Positions 59,947 through 64,000 of a stretch of DNA of 64,000 nt are shown here, in pieces. This DNA comes from an uncultured Actinomycetota bacterium (GTDB lineage: Bacteria > Actinomycetota > UBA4738 > HRBIN12). The first letter of the stretch is position 1, and every line of letters begins with the position of its first letter. The position numbers and the translations under genes were made by a program. Under the pieces are notes generated by a model. The model made no database searches. It was not told the origin of the DNA and saw only the letters and a program-made list of their open reading frames with translations. The DNA lies in the NCBI GenBank assembly GCA_963788925.1, contig CAWBIH010000002.1:503752-567751 (forward strand), in the 5' to 3' direction.

Positions 59947-60590
59947 GTCGCCTCGCTCGAGAGGTATCGCTCCAGGGCGCCGCGAACCTTCGCCCGCGCA
60001 CGATGCAATAGCACCCGTTGGTTGGTCTCGGTGAGGTCGAGTGCGTTACGGACCTCCTCGGATGTCCATCCGAGCGCGTCTCGGAGTCGGATCACCTCTG
60101 CTTGCATCGGGGGGAGCGTCGCGATCGTGCGGTTGATGACATCGAGAGTCTCGTGACCGAGCAGCCGGTCCTCCGGGATGCCGGACCAGTCGTCCGGCAG
60201 CGTCGACCACCCGCCCCGCGACGAACCCTCCGGCGAGTCGAATCGGCTCGGATCGACGGCGGGGGCGTCGAGGTCGTCGCCGGCGAGCGAGGCGAAGGGC
60301 AGACTCCGGCCCTCGCGTTGCCCGCGCGTCTTCGCGATGTTCGTGAGGATCCGGAAGATCCAGGTTCGCAGGGACGAGCGGCCTTCGAAGCTGTGGAGCC
60401 CACGGAGAACACCCAGCCACGTCTCCTGCACCACCTCTTCGGCCACGGCCGTCGTCGAGACGTACATCCGAGCGACACGAAGCATGGCCGGCTGGAGCTG
60501 GTCCACCAGAGTCATGAACGCGCTCTCCTCGCCGGCTCGGAGTCGTTCGACGAGGGCAAGATCCGCGGAAGAGGGAGTCGGTTCGGTCAC
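59943..60590 (-). CDS. ECF-family RNA polymerase sigma factor (SigR/SigH-like)
   Basis: Region 2 (AFMTLVDQLQPAMLRVARMYV...QETWLGVLRGL) and region 4 (MQAEVIRLRDALGWTSEEVRNALDLTETNQRVLLHRARAKVR). Confidence 0.8.
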   Translation of the reverse strand: MTEPTPSSADLALVERLRAGEESAFMTLVDQLQPAMLRVARMYVSTTAVAEEVVQETWLGVLRGLHSFEGRSSLRTWIFRILTNIAKTRGQREGRSLPFASLAGDDLDAPAVDPSRFDSPEGSSRGGWSTLPDDWSGIPEDRLLGHETLDVINRTIATLPPMQAEVIRLRDALGWTSEEVRNALDLTETNQRVLLHRARAKVRGALERYLSSEAT

Positions 60591-60626
60591 GACTTCGGAG
60601 CCTACCGGCGGCGGGAAACCGAAGGG

Positions 60627-61703
60627 CTACCCGGGGCGGGCAGCGCCGACCGGGTTGTCATAGCCGTACATCGATTGGACCTGCACCTGACCGCCGGGCC
60701 CCGGGTGGCGCGCATGCACGATCTGCCCGCCGCCGATGTAGAGCGCCACGTGGCTGATGGGGCTGTAGTAGAAGATCAGGTCACCGGCCTCGACGCTTGC
60801 GAGCGGCACGTGCGGCAACGACGAGTACTGCGCTGCCGACGAGTGGGGGATAGAGACGCCGGCCTGCGCCCAGGCCCACGAGGTGAGGCCCGAGCAGTCG
60901 AAGCCGACGCTCGGGTCGGCGGAGCCCCAGACGTATTGCGTTCCCTGCACGGAGAGTGCGGCGCCGACCGCGATCTGCGCTGCCGAGGCGTTCACCGGTG
61001 GGATGTAGCCGCCCGTGTCGCCCGGGGTGTCGGATGGGGGCGCCTCTTGGGAGGCGTCCTCCCGAGCCTGCGCGAGCGCCGCTCGCTGCGCCTCCACGTA
61101 GGCCAGGTACTCCTGGCGATCCTTGTTCAGCTGCGTATAGAGGGACGCCTGTTCGTCGATCATCGAGTCGAGCCGATCCAGCTGGCCCTTGATGGACGTG
61201 ACCTGCCGCTGCCGCTCGGCGAGCGTGTCGGCGAACCTCGAGGCCGCCCACTCCGCCTCCTGCCGGGCGTTCGTCGCCTGTCGGGCGATCTCGGCGTCGC
61301 CCTCGGCGACGGCACCCATGAACACGAGCTTGTCCGAGAACTCGGCGATGCTTTCCGCGCCCAGGAGTCCATCGACCTGCGATCCGGTCCCGACGTAGGC
61401 CTGCACCGCCCGTTCCGCGAGGCGATCCTCGGCGGCGCGAGCTTTCCGTTCGGCCCCTTGTCGTTGACTCCGCGCCTCGGCGAGCTTCCGCTCGATGAGG
61501 GAGAGTTGGTACTTCGCGTCGTTGTACTGCTCGGCCATCGATTCGAACTCGTGCTCCAGATGGGCGAGCTTCTGCTGAGCCGCCTCGACCTCCTTCGCGG
61601 ATGGTGCCGCCAGGGAGGACAGGCTGAGGGCGGACAGGACGACGGGGAGCGCGAAGACCACAGCTACGACGAGCCGTGTCGTCCTCGTTCGCGTCCTGGT
61701 CAT
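60627..61703 (-). CDS. secreted NlpC/P60 peptidoglycan endopeptidase with N-terminal coiled-coil (RipA-like)
   Basis: Signal peptide, long coiled-coil, C-terminal NlpC/P60 catalytic domain (FDCSGLTSWAW...H...H). Start at the ATG at 61703. Confidence 0.8.
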   Translation of the reverse strand: MTRTRTRTTRLVVAVVFALPVVLSALSLSSLAAPSAKEVEAAQQKLAHLEHEFESMAEQYNDAKYQLSLIERKLAEARSQRQGAERKARAAEDRLAERAVQAYVGTGSQVDGLLGAESIAEFSDKLVFMGAVAEGDAEIARQATNARQEAEWAASRFADTLAERQRQVTSIKGQLDRLDSMIDEQASLYTQLNKDRQEYLAYVEAQRAALAQAREDASQEAPPSDTPGDTGGYIPPVNASAAQIAVGAALSVQGTQYVWGSADPSVGFDCSGLTSWAWAQAGVSIPHSSAAQYSSLPHVPLASVEAGDLIFYYSPISHVALYIGGGQIVHARHPGPGGQVQVQSMYGYDNPVGAARPG

Positions 61704-61809
61704 GTGCTCCTTTGTCCGAGCAATACGAAGGCTCCGTCTCCGGAGCCGTTGCCCGAGGCTATCGATGCTCTGGGGGGTCGTCAAACCCATGCCGTTGTCT
61801 CTCGAGGAA

Positions 61810-61846
61810 ATGTGAGAGGCGGGCCGTGCTCGGCCCGCCTCTCACA
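61810..61846. terminator. perfect 16-bp inverted repeat with 4-nt loop, downstream of tRNA-Pro
   Basis: TGTGAGAGGCGGGCCG-TGCT-CGGCCCGCCTCTCACA. No strong U tract on either side, so it is a hairpin of uncertain termination efficiency. Confidence 0.5.
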
Positions 61847-61854
61847 TATCGGTG

Positions 61855-61928
61855 TCGGGACGGCGGGACTTGAACCCGCGACCTCAGCGTCCCGAACGCT
61901 GCGCGCTACCAAACTGCGCCACGTCCCG
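61855..61928 (-). tRNA. tRNA-Pro (anticodon CGG)
   Basis: Reverse complement folds as acceptor CGGGACG/CGTCCCG, D-stem GCGC/GCGC, anticodon stem CAGCG/CGCTG with loop UUCGGGA, T-arm GCGGG-TTCAAGT-CCCGC. Coordinates plus or minus 1. Confidence 0.8.
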
Positions 61929-61939
61929 CGCTGAGCAGT

Positions 61940-62809
61940 CTAGCGCGTGGTCCGCGGGCGCAGCTCCAAGAAGGTCGCCTCCGGTCTGCACCAGAATCGG
62001 AAGGGGGCGTACTTGCTGGTGCCCAACCCTCGAGATGTATGGAGCACGGCGGCGCCCATGCGGATGAGCCCAGAGGCGAGCTTCGGCGGCATCGAGCAAT
62101 TGGTCACCAGTGCGCCGACGAACGGCAGGCGAACCTGCCCCCCGTGGGTGTGGCCGGCGACGATCAATCCGTAGCCGAGGGCGGCCGCCTCGGGTGCGGA
62201 ATCCGGGGAGTGCATGACCGCCAACCCGAACCGTTCCTCGGCCGTGCGCGGTGCGACGCGGAGATCGTGCCGGCGGATGTGGGCGTCATCCAGGCCCAGC
62301 AGCTCGATATCGAGGCCATCGAGCGACACGTCTCGGCGGACGTTCGTCAGCTCCTCCCAACCGTCGGCGGCCAGGGCGCGGACGAGCACGGGGGCACGCC
62401 CTCGACGGGCTCGTCGCCTCTTCCGACCCTTCCAGAAGTACGCGAGGTAGTTCAGCGGCTTCGGGATGAAGTAGTCGTTGGAGCCGAGGACGAACCACGA
62501 CGCGAGGCTCCCGCGGACCGACCGAACCCCCTCGACGGCCGCCTCGATCGCCTCCGGCTCCGCCAGGAAGTCCCCGGTCACGATCGTGACATCCGGGGTC
62601 GGCAACGCCGCGAGGAACCGAGACTTCCGGGGATCGTGACGCACGAAATGCAGGTCGGAGAGGTGCAGGACGACGAGGGGCCGCGCGGCGGCCGCCGGTA
62701 GGATGTCGAGACGATGCCGGAGCACCCGGTATCGGAACCGTTCGATGAAGATCCCGTAGAGGACGCAGCCGACGCCGAGCACGGCGATCGTCACGATCAC
62801 GGGAAGCAC
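61940..62809 (-). CDS. membrane-anchored metallophosphoesterase (YkuE-like)
   Basis: N-terminal TM helix and calcineurin-like motifs (LSDLHF, GDF, GSNDY, GHTHGG). Confidence 0.8.
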   Translation of the reverse strand: MLPVIVTIAVLGVGCVLYGIFIERFRYRVLRHRLDILPAAAARPLVVLHLSDLHFVRHDPRKSRFLAALPTPDVTIVTGDFLAEPEAIEAAVEGVRSVRGSLASWFVLGSNDYFIPKPLNYLAYFWKGRKRRRARRGRAPVLVRALAADGWEELTNVRRDVSLDGLDIELLGLDDAHIRRHDLRVAPRTAEERFGLAVMHSPDSAPEAAALGYGLIVAGHTHGGQVRLPFVGALVTNCSMPPKLASGLIRMGAAVLHTSRGLGTSKYAPFRFWCRPEATFLELRPRTTR

Positions 62810-62821
62810 GGGGGGAGTGTA

Positions 62822-63286
62822 GTGAGCGATCCGACGCTGAAGGAGCGGCTCGCCGATGAGATGAAGGACGCGCTACGAGCGGGCGAGAAGGTCCGCCTCG
62901 GCGCGCTGCGGATGCTCTCCGCCGCCGTGACGAACAGAGAGAAGGAGCTGCGTCACGAGCTGTCCGACGACGAGATCCGCGAAGTCGCGGCGAAGGAGAC
63001 GAAGAAGCGGACCGAGTCGATCGAAGCGTTCGAAGGCGCCGGCCGCCTCGAGCTGGCCGAGAAGGAACGAGCGGAGCAGGGCGCCATCTCGAGCTACGCG
63101 CCGGCGCAGCTGAGCGAGGAAGCGATCGACGCGCTCCTCGAAGAGGCCTTCGCCGCCACCGGAGCGACCTCGGAGAAGGAGTTCGGGGCGGTCATGGGGT
63201 TCGTCATGGGAAAGGCGAAAGGTCGCGTCGACGGCAGGACGGTGCAGGAGAAGGTTCGCGCCCGGCTGCGAGGGTCGGCCGGCTAG
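62822..63286 (+). CDS. GatB/YqeY-domain protein
   Basis: Matches YqeY-family pattern (LKERLADEMKDALRAGEKVRLGALRMLSAAV). GTG start at 62822; the ORF-track extension is rejected. Confidence 0.75.
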   Translation: MSDPTLKERLADEMKDALRAGEKVRLGALRMLSAAVTNREKELRHELSDDEIREVAAKETKKRTESIEAFEGAGRLELAEKERAEQGAISSYAPAQLSEEAIDALLEEAFAATGATSEKEFGAVMGFVMGKAKGRVDGRTVQEKVRARLRGSAG

Positions 63287-64000
63287 CCGCCGCCTCCGCC
63301 ACCTCCGCCGCCGCCGCTCCCCCCGCCGTTCCCCCCGCCGTCAGCCCCTCCGCCCTTCGCCGTGCCGATGAAGATCGTGACGGTGTCACCCTGCACCACG
63401 AGGCTCTGACTGCGCGGGTCTTGGGTCGATGACGAAACCGATCTTCTTCGGATCGCCCGCTTCGACCCGCACGGTGTTCACGACCAATCCCAATGCCTCG
63501 AGGGCGTTCTTCGCGTCGAAGCCACGCATCCCGACGACCCGTGGCATCGGCACCTGCGCCGGTTCCCCCGTCGAGATCTGGACCGTCACGAGCGTGCCGA
63601 GGGCGGTCACGGATCCTCCGCCGGGTGACTGGCTGAACGCACGTCCCTTCCTGCTCAGGGAGTCCGCCATCTGGATGGATGCACGGAACCCGGCCTCCGA
63701 CAGCGTCGTGATCGCTTCCTTCTTGGTCATCCCGATCACGCTGGGCACCGGACCCTCCGGTGGCTTCGGTGGCTCGGGGAATCCGACCGACGGGAGGCCC
63801 TGCATGACCCTCGACATGTAGGCCACCCAGATCGGCGCGGCGACGGTGCCGCCGAAGACGTGTCCCATCGAGTAGGGATTCCCGGGGGAGCCCACCCACA
63901 CGACGGTCGTGAACTGCTTCGTGTAGCCACCGAACCACACGTTCGTGTTCTCCTGGGCCGTCCCCGTCTTGCCGGCGACCGGCCAGTCCGCCCACGCGCC
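63283..64000 (-). CDS. penicillin-binding protein, C-terminal portion (5' end beyond window), with Gly-rich tail; one frame change near 63423
   Basis: Transpeptidase-distal region and PASTA-like domains (GMRGFDAKNALEALGLVVNTV...), then ...SLVVQGDTVTIFIGTAKGGGADGGGNGGGSGGGGGGGGGGG in the +1 frame. Stop at 63283-63285 overlaps the convergent GatB/YqeY stop within GCTAGC. Confidence 0.65.

Noticed and set aside
63290-63420. GC-rich trinucleotide repeats (GGC/GGG/CGG) that look like a simple-sequence repeat
   Set aside because: They encode the poly-Gly tail of the PBP and are not a non-coding repeat. No CRISPR-like spaced repeats were found anywhere in the window.

Overview
High-GC (~70%) bacterial chromosomal segment with an actinobacterial-type gene set, densely coding on both strands. 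Most gene starts or stops overlap by 4 nt (GTGA or ATGA) or sit a few nt apart.

Content, from start to end:
- The coproporphyrin-dependent heme branch: hemE (5' truncated), cpfC/hemH, cgoX/hemY and chdC/hemQ in one operon, with hemL, hemB and hemA-hemC-hemD within 18 kb.
- Housekeeping genes: a UvrD-family helicase, msrA, leuCD with a divergent IclR regulator, pncB, tadA, dnaX-recR, lysC and asd, rpsD.
- A long Bacillus-type SRP RNA (ffs, with an Alu domain) immediately upstream of dnaX.
- Five tRNAs: three tRNA-Ser isoacceptors, tRNA-Arg and tRNA-Pro.
- Two ECF sigma / anti-sigma pairs, one of them RsrA-like (zinc-dependent anti-sigma, ZAS type) and sitting next to a glutaredoxin-like domain fused to thioredoxin reductase.
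- A LuxR-type AAA ATPase regulator (LAL family) directly upstream of a small ferredoxin domain fused to a class III adenylyl cyclase.
- A tightly packed five-gene lipid-type operon at 48.9-55.5 kb:
  - fatty acyl-CoA reductase (FAR) fused to a HAD-IB phosphatase
  - zinc alcohol dehydrogenase
  - LarA-like nickel-type racemase (DUF2088)
  - PlsC-type acyltransferase
  - TetR regulator

The two most unusual items are that lipid operon and a MerB-family organomercurial lyase (55,581-56,270, minus strand). In the lyase, the codon aligning with the catalytic Cys159 is an in-frame TGA, followed at canonical spacing by a short hairpin with a GGUC loop. This is a candidate selenocysteine site.

One caveat applies throughout. 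At least ten genes are interrupted by single-base frame changes, mostly +1 insertions at G or C homopolymer runs. This looks like systematic sequencing error rather than ten independent pseudogenes. Coordinates of the affected genes are therefore approximate and their products are inferred across the breaks. The six-frame track also contains many long antisense ORFs, which are high-GC artefacts and are not called.
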